From positions 1-32,000 of the forward strand of contig NZ_LGHJ01000020.1 of NCBI RefSeq assembly GCF_001306055.1: DNA of 32,000 bases. Direction: 5' to 3'. Made by a program: the position numbers and the translations under genes. The notes below the pieces were generated by a model, which worked only from the letters and a program-made list of their open reading frames with translations, had not been told where the DNA came from and did no database searches. Below are positions 1-9,068 of the stretch, in pieces. The first letter of the stretch is position 1, and each line of letters opens with the position of its first letter. Source of the DNA: Bellilinea caldifistulae. GTDB lineage: Bacteria > Chloroflexota > Anaerolineae > Anaerolineales > Anaerolineaceae.

Positions 1-349
1 TGGAGGTGAAGAGGTCAAATCAAGATACACAGCCCCTTTGTTTTAGGGTGGATACCCCATCGAGTGCGGCTTTTCCACCCCTCAAACAGTCTGCTCGGCG
101 TATTACGCTTGATTTTTCAACTCTCTCTTTATCAGCAATGGTAACATTAGGCAAGTTCAGAGAGGATTGAAATTTGTGCAGTCGGCTCAACGGATGCTCA
201 ATAAAACTAAAATAAAAGTATAATAGGTGGAAACTTGCTTGCGGGATGGTCAGGCAAACGGATGAATTCAGAAATTGCCGCCTTGAAACTTGAACCAGAC
301 AAAATAAACCCATACAAATCATTCTCCAAAGGAGTTCACAACAAGAAAT

Positions 350-1435
350 ATGGCAAAGGATAAAAAAGTTCGCGTAGCAATTGTCGGGGTAGGAAATTGT
401 GCTTCTTCGCTTGTGCAGGGAGTGCATTATTATCGAAATGCTTCCGAAGCAGACCGGATTCCGGGATTGATGCATGTCAACCTTGGCGGATACCATATTC
501 GGGATATCGAGTTCACGGCGGCTTTTGATGTGGTGGATACCAAGGTTGGAAAAGATCTTTCCGAGGCGATATTTGCCTATCCCAACAACACATATAAATT
601 CACCGAGGTGCCCCACCTCAATGTACCGGTTTACCGCGGAATGACCCACGACGGATTGGGAAAATACCTTAGCCAGATTGTCAAAAAAGCTCCGGGGCCA
701 ACGGCGGATATTGTGGGCATTTTGCGCGAAACCCAAACCGATGTGGTGGTAAGCTACCTGCCGGTTGGTTCTGAAATGGCTACCAAATGGTATGTGGAAC
801 AGGTGCTGGAAGCCGGCTGTGGTTTTGTCAATGCTATTCCGGTGTTCATCGCCAGTTCAGAATATTGGGCAGAGCGCTTCCGCCAGAAGAAACTGCCCAT
901 CATTGGGGATGACATCAAGAGTCAGGTTGGTGCGACCATTTTACATCGGGTGCTCACCAGTTTGTTCGTAGATCGGGGCGTAAGGCTCGACCGCACCTAT
1001 CAGTTGAACTTTGGCGGCAATACTGATTTTCTCAACATGCTGGAACGGGAGCGTTTAGAGTCCAAAAAGATTTCGAAGACCGGAGCGGTGACCTCAATGC
1101 TGCCCTACACCTTGCCGGAGGATAATATTCACGTTGGACCTAGCGATTATGTACCCTGGCTGACCGACCGCAAGTGGTGTTACATCCGCATGGAAGGCAC
1201 CACATTTGGTGAGGTGCCTTTGAATCTGGAAGCGAAATTGGAGGTTTGGGACTCTCCCAACTCGGCGGGTGTGGTGATTGACGCCATCCGTTGTGTCAAA
1301 CTGGCACTTGACCGCGGTATTGGCGGACCGTTGTACGCGCCGTCCTCTTATTTCATGAAGACACCGCCCAAGCAGTTCCGCGATTCCGTGGCGCTGGAGA
1401 TGACCGAAGCATTTATTCGTGGTGAGGCTGAGTAA
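350..1435 (+). CDS. ino1: myo-inositol-1-phosphate (inositol-3-phosphate) synthase
   Basis: 361-aa ORF with ATG start. The N-terminal NAD-binding motif [19 protein letters not shown] and the length match the short bacterial/archaeal MIPS family (actinobacterial Ino1-like). Confidence 0.9.
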   Translation: MAKDKKVRVAIVGVGNCASSLVQGVHYYRNASEADRIPGLMHVNLGGYHIRDIEFTAAFDVVDTKVGKDLSEAIFAYPNNTYKFTEVPHLNVPVYRGMTHDGLGKYLSQIVKKAPGPTADIVGILRETQTDVVVSYLPVGSEMATKWYVEQVLEAGCGFVNAIPVFIASSEYWAERFRQKKLPIIGDDIKSQVGATILHRVLTSLFVDRGVRLDRTYQLNFGGNTDFLNMLERERLESKKISKTGAVTSMLPYTLPEDNIHVGPSDYVPWLTDRKWCYIRMEGTTFGEVPLNLEAKLEVWDSPNSAGVVIDAIRCVKLALDRGIGGPLYAPSSYFMKTPPKQFRDSVALEMTEAFIRGEAE

Positions 1436-2597
1436 AAACCGGTTTGTTCTTTTGGGTATCAGCTGGGTGATTGTGATTCATCTGGCGGCGTGCATGAGCG
1501 TTGCCGAGCTGCCGCCAGATGTTCGATTAACTCCCTCCAATGCTCAAAAAACGGAATGGATACCCACACCAACACCGTTTGTTCCATTACCCTCACCGAC
1601 GGCGCTGGCCCAAACCGACACACCTGCGCTAACCCCTGTATCTACTGAGACCCCCATACCGCTTGGAATATTTTCACCGCGTCTGAATAAGGGGATTATT
1701 CCCGTACCTTATTTGCAGGATACCTGCCGCTATCTTGCCGACCGTTGGAATCCGCAGAATGCGAAGCCGGGGACGATTGTGGTACCGATCATGTATCATG
1801 GCATCCGAAAAGAGGGCGGATCAATCAATGATAACATCACCGTCTCGGAAAAGTACTTCAAAGAAACGATGCAGCATGCGGTTGATTTGGGCTTCCAAAC
1901 CATCACCATGGAGCAGTTGGCCGCGTTCTTGCAACATAATGCTTATATCCCGCCCCGCTCATTGCTGTTGATCATAGACGACCGCCGGTTGGGGACCGTT
2001 CGCAATCATTTTTTGCCGGTTTTACAGCAAAATAACTGGACAATGGTGATGGCATATATTACAGGTGTCGCCGATCAAAGAGAATGGCGTGAAATTAAAT
2101 CCGTGCTGGAAACCGGCAGGGTGGAGATTCAAGCGCATGGTTTCCTGCATAACGGTTCAACCTATTTTACTGAAAACACTCCGGCTGAGATTATCCACAA
2201 TGAAATTTACGCACCGATTACAACGTTCGAAGAGAACTTGGGTTATCGTCCGATTGCGTTTATCTGGCCGGGCGGGAATTTTACCCCTCAAACGGTCGTT
2301 GAAGTACGCAAAGCCGGTTATCAACTGGGGTTTACCGCATACGCGCGGGGGCCAATCCTGTTCAACTGGATTCCACAGGGAGAACCGGAGCGCTCAGCAG
2401 GTGATCCACTGCTGCTTTTACCCCGTTACTGGAGTACGGCGGCTTATATGAATTTGGATCAGGCAGTTGAATTGGGTCAACAGGCAGCCGATTATGCACG
2501 TCAAAATCAACAAACCGAAATGGAGTGGTACAACCGTTACTGCGGGGCAAATTATCCTCCCCTGTCTTCTTTAGCCATACCAGCAGAACAGCCATGA
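1419..2597 (+). CDS. polysaccharide deacetylase (NodB-homology) family lipoprotein
   Basis: 392-aa ORF with a GTG start overlapping the ino1 stop by 17 nt. Hydrophobic signal ending in lipobox LAAC, then a Pro/Thr-rich linker. NodB-like motifs IIDDRR (Asp-Asp) and HGFLH (HxxxH). Confidence 0.75.
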   Translation: MVRLSKNRFVLLGISWVIVIHLAACMSVAELPPDVRLTPSNAQKTEWIPTPTPFVPLPSPTALAQTDTPALTPVSTETPIPLGIFSPRLNKGIIPVPYLQDTCRYLADRWNPQNAKPGTIVVPIMYHGIRKEGGSINDNITVSEKYFKETMQHAVDLGFQTITMEQLAAFLQHNAYIPPRSLLLIIDDRRLGTVRNHFLPVLQQNNWTMVMAYITGVADQREWREIKSVLETGRVEIQAHGFLHNGSTYFTENTPAEIIHNEIYAPITTFEENLGYRPIAFIWPGGNFTPQTVVEVRKAGYQLGFTAYARGPILFNWIPQGEPERSAGDPLLLLPRYWSTAAYMNLDQAVELGQQAADYARQNQQTEMEWYNRYCGANYPPLSSLAIPAEQP

Positions 2598-2938
2598 ATG
2601 ATTGTATCTTTTGTCGAATTATAGCCGGTGAAGCGCCTGCCACAATTCTGTATGCCGATGAACAGGTTACGGCATTTTATGACATTCATCCGATCACGCC
2701 GGTGCATATTCTGGTGGTGCCGAACCGACATATTGAATCGGTGAATGAAGTTGAAGAAGAAGATGCAAAATTGCTGGGGCACCTTGTCGTAGTTGCAAGA
2801 CATCTGGCCATTGCCAACGGGTTGGAGCGGCGTGGTTACCGGCTGGTAATCAACACCGGACCCGATGCCGGACAATCGGTTTTCCACCTTCATCTCCATC
2901 TGATTGGGGGACGAAGTATGCCGTTTCGATTTCAATGA
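2594..2938 (+). CDS. HIT (histidine triad) family protein
   Basis: Histidine triad HLHLHLIGG near the C-terminus and the typical N-terminus MNDCIFCRI. The ATG at 2594 forms an ATGA overlap with the upstream stop (2595-2597). The longer track ORF starting at 2525 is only an upstream extension. Confidence 0.9.
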   Translation: MNDCIFCRIIAGEAPATILYADEQVTAFYDIHPITPVHILVVPNRHIESVNEVEEEDAKLLGHLVVVARHLAIANGLERRGYRLVINTGPDAGQSVFHLHLHLIGGRSMPFRFQ

Positions 2939-2952
2939 GGGGGTAAAGGGAC

Positions 2953-4506
2953 ATGTTTCACATCAAGCAGCGGAGAAAATGGCAGATGCTGGTGGGGTTT
3001 ATGGCAATTTTGTTGCTGAGATGTGTACAACCAGCACCCCAATCGGATTTTTGGAGGCCGGTTGATGGCGGGAATGGGCTGCCTTCATCAAATATTCCAC
3101 CGAGGGGTTCACCAACACCCTCTTTCGGATTTACGCTGCCACCAACCCGGGTTCCCGGCTCTCCCATTTTTACCCCAACCCCGGATCCGCCCAGGCTCTT
3201 GCCTACGCTGCGCTCCGAGCAGGAGGAATATGTGCTTCAACCGGGCGATACTCTTGGAAAAGTAGCGCAGATGTTTAATGTGGATATCCAGACTCTGGTT
3301 GAGGCCAATCAAATTGCCAATCCTAATCTGGTACCGGCCGGTTTGAAAGTGATCATTCCTGCACCCTCTCCACAACCTCCCGGCCCCTCTTTTAAGGTGA
3401 TTCCCGACTCGGAACTGGTGTTCGGCCCGGCAGCCATTCCATTCGATGTGTTTGCTTTTGTACGCCAACAGGGAGGTTACCTTTTCTCCTACCGGGAAAC
3501 CCTGGATGACCAGCCTTTTACGGGTGCGGAGGTGGTGATTCGTGTGGCGCGGGAATACTCCGTCAACCCGCGTTTGCTGCTGGCTGTTTTAGAGTACCAG
3601 TCCGGGTGGGTAACCCAGGCGCAGCCACCAGCGAATACACTGGATTTTCCTCTGCGGTTTTACGATCCAAACCGGCGCGGGCTTTACCGTCAACTTTCGT
3701 GGGCTGCCAATCAGCTTAACCGCGGTTACTACCTCTGGAAAGTCAACGCAATCTCTCACTGGCAGCTGGCCGATGGCGGGGTTGTACCTGCTGACCCCAC
3801 CATCAACGCTGCTACCGCGGGGGTTCAAAATCTGATGGGTTTGTTGTATGCTCGCAGCGAATGGGACCTGGCGGTTGGTCAGGATGGCGTATTTGCCGTT
3901 TATAACCGCTTTTTCGGCTATCCGTTTGACTTTGCCATTGAGCCTCTCCTACCCCCGGATTTACAACAGCCGCTCATGCAATTACCTTTTGAGGAAGGGG
4001 TGGTCTGGTCGTTTACCGGCGGGCCGCATGGCGGCTGGGGGGATGGTTCTGCGTGGGCTGCGCTGGATTTTGCTCCGCCGGACAGCGGGTGGGGATGCGG
4101 GATCAGCAATCAGTGGGTGACAGCCGTGGCCGATGGGCTGGTGGTGCGCTCGGAAATCGGCGTAGTGGTTTTGGACCTGGATGGGGATGGTTTTGAGCAG
4201 ACCGGCTGGACAGTTTTGTACCTTCACCTTGCCACGGCTGACCGGGCAAGTGTTGGAATGCGCCTGAAGGCGGGCGATCGGGTTGGACATCCCTCCTGTG
4301 ATGGGGGAGTTTCCAACGGTACCCATGTTCACATCGCGCGAAAATTCAACGGTGAATGGATTCCGGCAGATGGTGCCATTCCGTTCGTGCTGGATGGCTG
4401 GGTTTCGGTGGGTGATGGTGTAGAATATAATGGAATGCTGGTTCGAAATGGAGCCGTTGTTGAAGCGTGGGATCGCTTACTTCCAGAAAATCAAATTTCC
4501 CGCTAG
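2953..4506 (+). CDS. secreted LysM-domain / LasA-like M23 metallopeptidase, paralog 1
   Basis: 517 aa. N-terminal hydrophobic signal/anchor, Pro-rich linker, then a LysM motif (YVLQPGDTLGKVAQMFNVDIQTLVEANQIANPNLVPAGLKVIIP, about nt 3229-3360). A ~250-aa conserved middle region follows. The C-terminal M23 signature is GGPH-x12-D(FAP) ... YLH ... SCDGGVSNGTHVHIARK (HxH). GAGGGGG SD lies upstream of the ATG. Confidence 0.8.
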   Translation: MFHIKQRRKWQMLVGFMAILLLRCVQPAPQSDFWRPVDGGNGLPSSNIPPRGSPTPSFGFTLPPTRVPGSPIFTPTPDPPRLLPTLRSEQEEYVLQPGDTLGKVAQMFNVDIQTLVEANQIANPNLVPAGLKVIIPAPSPQPPGPSFKVIPDSELVFGPAAIPFDVFAFVRQQGGYLFSYRETLDDQPFTGAEVVIRVAREYSVNPRLLLAVLEYQSGWVTQAQPPANTLDFPLRFYDPNRRGLYRQLSWAANQLNRGYYLWKVNAISHWQLADGGVVPADPTINAATAGVQNLMGLLYARSEWDLAVGQDGVFAVYNRFFGYPFDFAIEPLLPPDLQQPLMQLPFEEGVVWSFTGGPHGGWGDGSAWAALDFAPPDSGWGCGISNQWVTAVADGLVVRSEIGVVVLDLDGDGFEQTGWTVLYLHLATADRASVGMRLKAGDRVGHPSCDGGVSNGTHVHIARKFNGEWIPADGAIPFVLDGWVSVGDGVEYNGMLVRNGAVVEAWDRLLPENQISR

Positions 4507-6094
4507 GCGATTTCAAATTTGCCTGGTACTCGGAGTTTGGCTGCTATCAATCCTTGCCTGTTCGCAAGGCTATGTTTCGGATTATGATTTGACTGCAACG
4601 GCTTTGTTCCCGGCTGGTGGAGCGGGAGGCGGCTCCGGCGAACTGGAAACGACGGCTTTGCCAACTTCAGCTCCCATCGGAGATAAAGGCCATGATCCGG
4701 TAGCGGTCAGCACACCAAACGAAATCCGGTTCACTCCATCCCAGCCCATTTTCACCCCGCTACCAACCCGCAGCACACCCCTACCCCCGATTTTGTACTA
4801 CACACAGGCAGGGGATACTTTGCCGGCGGTCGCGGTTCGATTTGGGGTATTGCCGGAAGAAATTACTTATCCTGAACCCGTTCCGCAAACCGGCCTGATT
4901 AACGCCGGTAAACTGCTCATCATCCCCAATCGCCTCGAGCAAACCGGCCCAGGCGAATTGCTGCTGCCCGATAGCGAAATCGTTTTTTCACCATCCGCGC
5001 TGGATTTTGACCTGAATGCGACCATCCGTCAAGCAGGAGGTTACCTCAGTACCTATCGGGAGTACCTGGCGGATGGATGGAAGAGCGGGGGCGAGGTCAT
5101 TTATAAAGTGGCAATAGAAAACTCAATCAATCCACGTTTGCTTTTGGCATTGGTGGAATATCAGGCGCATTGGGTTTACGGGCAGCCGACCAATCTGGCT
5201 GAAGTGGATTATCCGCTGGGTGTGATCAACTCTGAAAAGAAAGGCCTATACAAACAACTCAGTTGGGCGGTTCAGCAGCTTTCGATCGGATATTACGGGT
5301 GGCGCAACGGGATATTAACCGAAGTGCAATTTTCCGATGGCAGCCGGGTGCGTCTGGCGCCGGGTTTGAATGCCGGGTCGGTGGCCTTGCAGTATCTCTT
5401 CTCGCGGTTGTATCCCCAAATTCTCTGGAATGGGGTGTTGGGGGGCGAAGAAAGCTTTGTAAAACTCTATGAGGAGATGTATGGCAACCCGTGGATGCGG
5501 GCGCAGTCGGTTGAACCTTTGCTGCCAGTCAATCTCACTCAACCGGAATTGATACTCCCATTTCTGCCTGGACGGGTGTGGAGCTTTACCGGTGGCCCGC
5601 ATTCGGCATGGGGGCCGGACGGCGCCCGAGCCGCTCTGGATTTTGCTCCTGCCAGTGTAGAGACCGGTTGTAATATTTCTGATGATTGGGCAACGGCGGT
5701 TGCCAGTGGTTTGGTGGTACGTACAGATACAGGCGTTGTCGTTTTGGATTTGGATGGGGATGGATACGAACAAACCGGTTGGGCGATTTTATATTTGCAT
5801 GTTGCCAGTAAAAACCGGGTTAGGGTGGGAACATGGGTGCAGCAGGGAGACCTCATTGGACACCCCTCTTGTGAAGGCGGTACTTCGACCGGTACCCATG
5901 TTCACATTGCCCGCAAGTATAATGGGGAATGGGTTTTGGCGGATGGCCCGTTGCCTTTTGTTTTAGATGGCTGGCGTGCGGTGGCCGGTAAAAACCCTTA
6001 TGAGGGCAGTCTGGTAAAAGATGGTCGAGTGATCAATGCCTGCACCTGCGGATCGTTCGAAACGCGTATCAGTCGCCTGAACAGTGGAAATTGA
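4448..6094 (+). CDS. LysM-domain / LasA-like M23 metallopeptidase lipoprotein, paralog 2
   Basis: Same architecture as 2953-4506: lipobox ILAC, LysM (YTQAGDTLPAVAVRFGV...), GGPH-x12-D and PSCEGGTSTGTHVHIARK. The start is uncertain among ATG 4448, TTG 4457/4460 and ATG 4430. I chose 4448 because MEPLLKR parallels MEIESLLKR of paralog 3. The gene overlaps the end of paralog 1. Confidence 0.8.
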   Translation: MEPLLKRGIAYFQKIKFPARRFQICLVLGVWLLSILACSQGYVSDYDLTATALFPAGGAGGGSGELETTALPTSAPIGDKGHDPVAVSTPNEIRFTPSQPIFTPLPTRSTPLPPILYYTQAGDTLPAVAVRFGVLPEEITYPEPVPQTGLINAGKLLIIPNRLEQTGPGELLLPDSEIVFSPSALDFDLNATIRQAGGYLSTYREYLADGWKSGGEVIYKVAIENSINPRLLLALVEYQAHWVYGQPTNLAEVDYPLGVINSEKKGLYKQLSWAVQQLSIGYYGWRNGILTEVQFSDGSRVRLAPGLNAGSVALQYLFSRLYPQILWNGVLGGEESFVKLYEEMYGNPWMRAQSVEPLLPVNLTQPELILPFLPGRVWSFTGGPHSAWGPDGARAALDFAPASVETGCNISDDWATAVASGLVVRTDTGVVVLDLDGDGYEQTGWAILYLHVASKNRVRVGTWVQQGDLIGHPSCEGGTSTGTHVHIARKYNGEWVLADGPLPFVLDGWRAVAGKNPYEGSLVKDGRVINACTCGSFETRISRLNSGN

Positions 6095-7574
6095 GTCTTT
6101 GTTGAAACGCAAGAGTTTATTTTTACTGGTAATAATGTTGATCATTTCAGCCTGTTTGCCGCAGGTGGAGGTCCATGATTCTATGGAAGATTTCTCTTCC
6201 AACCCGCTTCCGGCTACCCCCGGTGATCAGGGATTACCGACTCCCTTGCCAACTCGTGAGCCTTACGCCCCCGGCACGCTGGTGGATTATACTGCTCAAA
6301 CCGGGGATACGCTGCCGGCGCTTGCCGCTCATTTCAACACGACTGTGCGGGAGATTTTGGAGGCCAATCCGTTTATACCGCCGGATGCTACAACCATGCC
6401 GCCAGGCATGCCCATGAAAATCCCGATTTACTATCGTCCCTTGTGGGGCAGTCCTTTCCAGATTCTGCCCGATTCGTTGTTTGTCAACGGCCCGGCTCAA
6501 ATCGGTTTTGATGCGATTTCATTCGTCAATCAACAGCCCGGCTGGTTCAAAGATTATTCATTCTATCTTGGAGGGCGAGATCGGCGCGGGGGGGAAATTA
6601 TCCAGTACATTGCAACGGAGTACAGCATCAGTCCCCGATTATTGCTGGCGATGATAGAGTATCAAACCGGGGCTTTAACTCAGCCTCAAGCGGCTGTGGA
6701 TATTGAACTTTACCCGCTGGGGTATATGAATCAATTCAGCAAAGGTTTGGCTCGGCAGTTGCTATGGGCTGCTAATACGCTGAATAACGGTTATTATGGC
6801 TGGCGTACTGGCCGATTGGATACGATTCGTCATAAAGACGGCCGGCTGGAAAACCCCGATCCCTGGCAAAATGCTGCCAGTGTAGCGTTACATTACTACT
6901 ACGCCCAAATTTTGCCTCAAGAGGCTTATGAATATGCGATCAGTGGAGAAGGCTTACTGCGGGTTTACACGGATTTGTTTGGCGATCCGTGGGCAGGGAT
7001 CGAACCGCACATCCCCGGCAGTCTCCTCCAGCCCGAAATGAGTTTTCCGTTTCCGGCGGGTAAAGTATGGGCTTTTACTGGCGGTCCGCATACCGGTTGG
7101 GGAGAAGGTGAACCCCTGGCAGCTCTCGATTTTGCCCCGCCCAGCGTGGTCGGCGCCTGCCTGCCCAGCGAACAGCCAGCAGTTGCGGTTGCCGATGGGG
7201 TGATTGCACGGCGAGGTGATGCGCTGGTGGTGCTGGATCTGGATGGGGATGGCGATGAGCGCACCGGTTGGACGGTGTTCTATCTGCATCTGGCGAATGA
7301 TTCACTACCGCCGGTCGGTAAGCGGCTTAGCAAAGGGGAACCAATTGGACTGCCATCCTGTGAGGGCGGAAAAGCCACAGGCACCCATGTTCACATCGCC
7401 CGTAAGTACAACGGCGAGTGGATCCCCGCTGGAGGGGCACTCCCATTCAATTTGGAAGGGTGGATCGCCGCCAATGGTGAGCAACCCTATCAGGGCACAT
7501 TGAGCCGGGCCGGGCGAACGGTGCGTGCCTGCGAGTGTTCCGACCGCTCCAGTCAGGTACAATCACAGCCCTGA
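6084..7574 (+). CDS. LysM-domain / LasA-like M23 metallopeptidase lipoprotein, paralog 3
   Basis: 496 aa. GTG start overlapping the paralog 2 stop by 11 nt (TTG 6099/6102 are alternatives). Lipobox ISAC, LysM (YTAQTGDTLPALAAHFNTTVREILEANP...), GGPH-x12-D and PSCEGGKATGTHVHIARK. Confidence 0.8.
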   Translation: MEIESLLKRKSLFLLVIMLIISACLPQVEVHDSMEDFSSNPLPATPGDQGLPTPLPTREPYAPGTLVDYTAQTGDTLPALAAHFNTTVREILEANPFIPPDATTMPPGMPMKIPIYYRPLWGSPFQILPDSLFVNGPAQIGFDAISFVNQQPGWFKDYSFYLGGRDRRGGEIIQYIATEYSISPRLLLAMIEYQTGALTQPQAAVDIELYPLGYMNQFSKGLARQLLWAANTLNNGYYGWRTGRLDTIRHKDGRLENPDPWQNAASVALHYYYAQILPQEAYEYAISGEGLLRVYTDLFGDPWAGIEPHIPGSLLQPEMSFPFPAGKVWAFTGGPHTGWGEGEPLAALDFAPPSVVGACLPSEQPAVAVADGVIARRGDALVVLDLDGDGDERTGWTVFYLHLANDSLPPVGKRLSKGEPIGLPSCEGGKATGTHVHIARKYNGEWIPAGGALPFNLEGWIAANGEQPYQGTLSRAGRTVRACECSDRSSQVQSQP

Positions 7575-7583
7575 AAGGAAAAT

Positions 7584-7611
7584 GCCCACTGTGATATGCG
7601 GCGCAGTGGGC
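7584..7611 (-). terminator. hairpin between convergent genes, probable intrinsic terminator of the minus-strand operon
   Basis: Perfect 8-bp stem GCCCACTG/CAGTGGGC with a 12-nt loop. On the minus strand it is followed by ATTTTCCTTTC, whereas the plus-strand side has no T-tract. It lies 23 nt downstream of the osmC stop. Confidence 0.45.
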
Positions 7612-7633
7612 GTGATTGAAACATGCCTGCTGG

Positions 7634-8050
7634 TCAGGCTTCTTTAATGACGATTTTATTCTCGATGGTCACATTGTTTCGAATGGTGGCAATCGAGGGA
7701 CAGTATTTTTCTTCCGAAAGCTGAACCGCCCGCTCGACCGCCGCCGGGTCAATGTTCTTGCCGGTCACCACATATTCGATCAACATGTGGGTGATTTTCT
7801 TGGGGTGTTCGGTGGCGCGAGTAGCATGAACCAACACTTCAAATGCGGTGACTTCCTGCCGTTTTTTCTTCAGAATGGAAATCACATCCATGCCGGTACA
7901 ACCAGCCACCCCAATAGCGATGAGTTCCACCGGTCGGAAACCGGATTCGTTCCCGCCGACTTCTTTGAAGGTATCCATGACCAGCGAGAAGCCTGAATCG
8001 GCGCTGCCAACAAAGGTCAAATCACCTTTCCAAACGGCTTTGGCTTCCAT
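7634..8050 (-). CDS. osmC: OsmC/Ohr family peroxiredoxin-like protein
   Basis: 138 aa with OsmC-family features: GFRPVELIAIGVAGCTGMD and EEKYCPS, the two conserved Cys. GAGGAGG SD lies 8 nt upstream of the ATG. Confidence 0.9.
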   Translation of the reverse strand: MEAKAVWKGDLTFVGSADSGFSLVMDTFKEVGGNESGFRPVELIAIGVAGCTGMDVISILKKKRQEVTAFEVLVHATRATEHPKKITHMLIEYVVTGKNIDPAAVERAVQLSEEKYCPSIATIRNNVTIENKIVIKEA

Positions 8051-8069
8051 GCGAGGTTTCCTCCTCTTT

Positions 8070-8735
8070 TCAGGCTAATGCTTCGCGGATTTTCTGTACC
8101 AGATGACTTTCGGGTACTGCGCCGACGACTTCTCCCTTGCCGCTGTTAATCACTGTGTGGGGTACGCCGGAAACGTTGAACTGGTCAGCCAGACTGTTGA
8201 ATTCCATGGCTTCGATCATTTCAGCCTCGACCATTGGGCTTTCCAGCGCCATTTGATGCGCCAGTACCACTGCCCGCGGGCAATAGGGGCAGGAAGGAGT
8301 GACGAAAACCTGCAACAGAACTTTCTGGTTCAGGTTATTCAAGAATTCGCGGGTTTCCGGTGAAAGCCCCGAATCGCGTTTGGAAACGATCAAAATATCG
8401 TTGATCAGCGAGGTGAATTCATGCCCGGCGGGGATACCCGCGTAACGAATACCAAAATCGTCCAGGTTATCACCCGATTTACCCAGAATCACAAAGCCGG
8501 GGGCTTTATCCACGTTGTACTGCCTGGCCAGCACAGCGTCCTTATTCAGGTCAAACACCTGCAGGGTCAGTTTGTCGGAAAGGGAAGTTACCTCCTCAAG
8601 TAACTGACGGGTATCTTCACAATATTCACAGGGTTCACTCTGGCTACCAAAAAAGATGATTTCAACCGGATGTACCATGCCGGTTAAAACATCCCGCACC
8701 TGATTGCGAATTTCATCGTCTAACAAATTACTCAT
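8070..8735 (-). CDS. two-domain thioredoxin-fold protein disulfide oxidoreductase (glutaredoxin-like, PDO-type)
   Basis: Two CxxC sites (CEYC and CPYC) in two Trx-like halves, as in archaeal/Aquifex PDO-type proteins. I chose the ATG at 8735 (MSNLL...), which is preceded by GGAGG with a 5-nt spacer. The track ORF begins at a TTG at 8747. Confidence 0.8.
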   Translation of the reverse strand: MSNLLDDEIRNQVRDVLTGMVHPVEIIFFGSQSEPCEYCEDTRQLLEEVTSLSDKLTLQVFDLNKDAVLARQYNVDKAPGFVILGKSGDNLDDFGIRYAGIPAGHEFTSLINDILIVSKRDSGLSPETREFLNNLNQKVLLQVFVTPSCPYCPRAVVLAHQMALESPMVEAEMIEAMEFNSLADQFNVSGVPHTVINSGKGEVVGAVPESHLVQKIREALA

Positions 8736-8785
8736 TTTATCCTCCAAAAATTTTCCATCCTCACGGGATGTCTGTTTCTATTTTA

Positions 8786-9010
8786 TCAGGTAAAGCAGCC
8801 GCCTTCACCAAATCCGCACACTGGACAGACAAGGTTGAGTAAACCGTCATAATCCATAATCCCCACTCCGCAAGCCGGGCAGGGTTTGCCGGGCTGTGCC
8901 CGGCGAAGGCTGTGGTTCTGGCTCGGTAAATCAGGTTGGAGCGTAAAAGAAAAGGTTTGGCGCTTTTTGCGGTCAAACTTTTGCCGGGCTGGTAGTTCTT
9001 TATCGCCCAT
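8786..9010 (-). CDS. small hypothetical zinc-ribbon protein
   Basis: 74 aa from the ATG at 9010 (90 aa from the TTG at 9058). Basic N-terminus and C-terminal CPACG-x12-CPVCG (two CxxC knuckles). It fills the 333-nt gap between the anti-sigma and oxidoreductase genes on the same strand. No family recognised and the start is uncertain. Confidence 0.4.
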   Translation of the reverse strand: MGDKELPARQKFDRKKRQTFSFTLQPDLPSQNHSLRRAQPGKPCPACGVGIMDYDGLLNLVCPVCGFGEGGCFT

Positions 9011-9068
9011 CCTGAATGACGGTTCCTTGATCCGGTTATTTAGATGCGTTCCCCGCAATAAAGATACA

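Noticed and set aside
46-90. Hairpin GGGTGGA...TCCACCC in the upstream region of ino1.
   Set aside because: It has a 20-nt loop and no T-tract on either strand, so nothing supports a terminator or a known riboswitch.
1-170. Frame-3 plus-strand reading frame open from the window edge to a TGA at 168-170 (possible 3' end of an upstream gene).
   Set aside because: The peptide has no recognisable features and the region is AT-rich. It cannot be supported from 56 codons.
20-736. 238-aa minus-strand ORF at the left edge.
   Set aside because: Its upstream half is antisense to ino1 and the rest runs through AT-rich intergenic DNA. It has no recognisable motifs.
7616-7996. 126-aa plus-strand ORF.
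   Set aside because: It is antisense to the clearly OsmC-like gene.
8761-8976. Alternative 71-aa minus-strand ORF overlapping the zinc-ribbon ORF.
   Set aside because: It has no motifs. The competing frame has paired CxxC knuckles, so I preferred that frame, though with low confidence.
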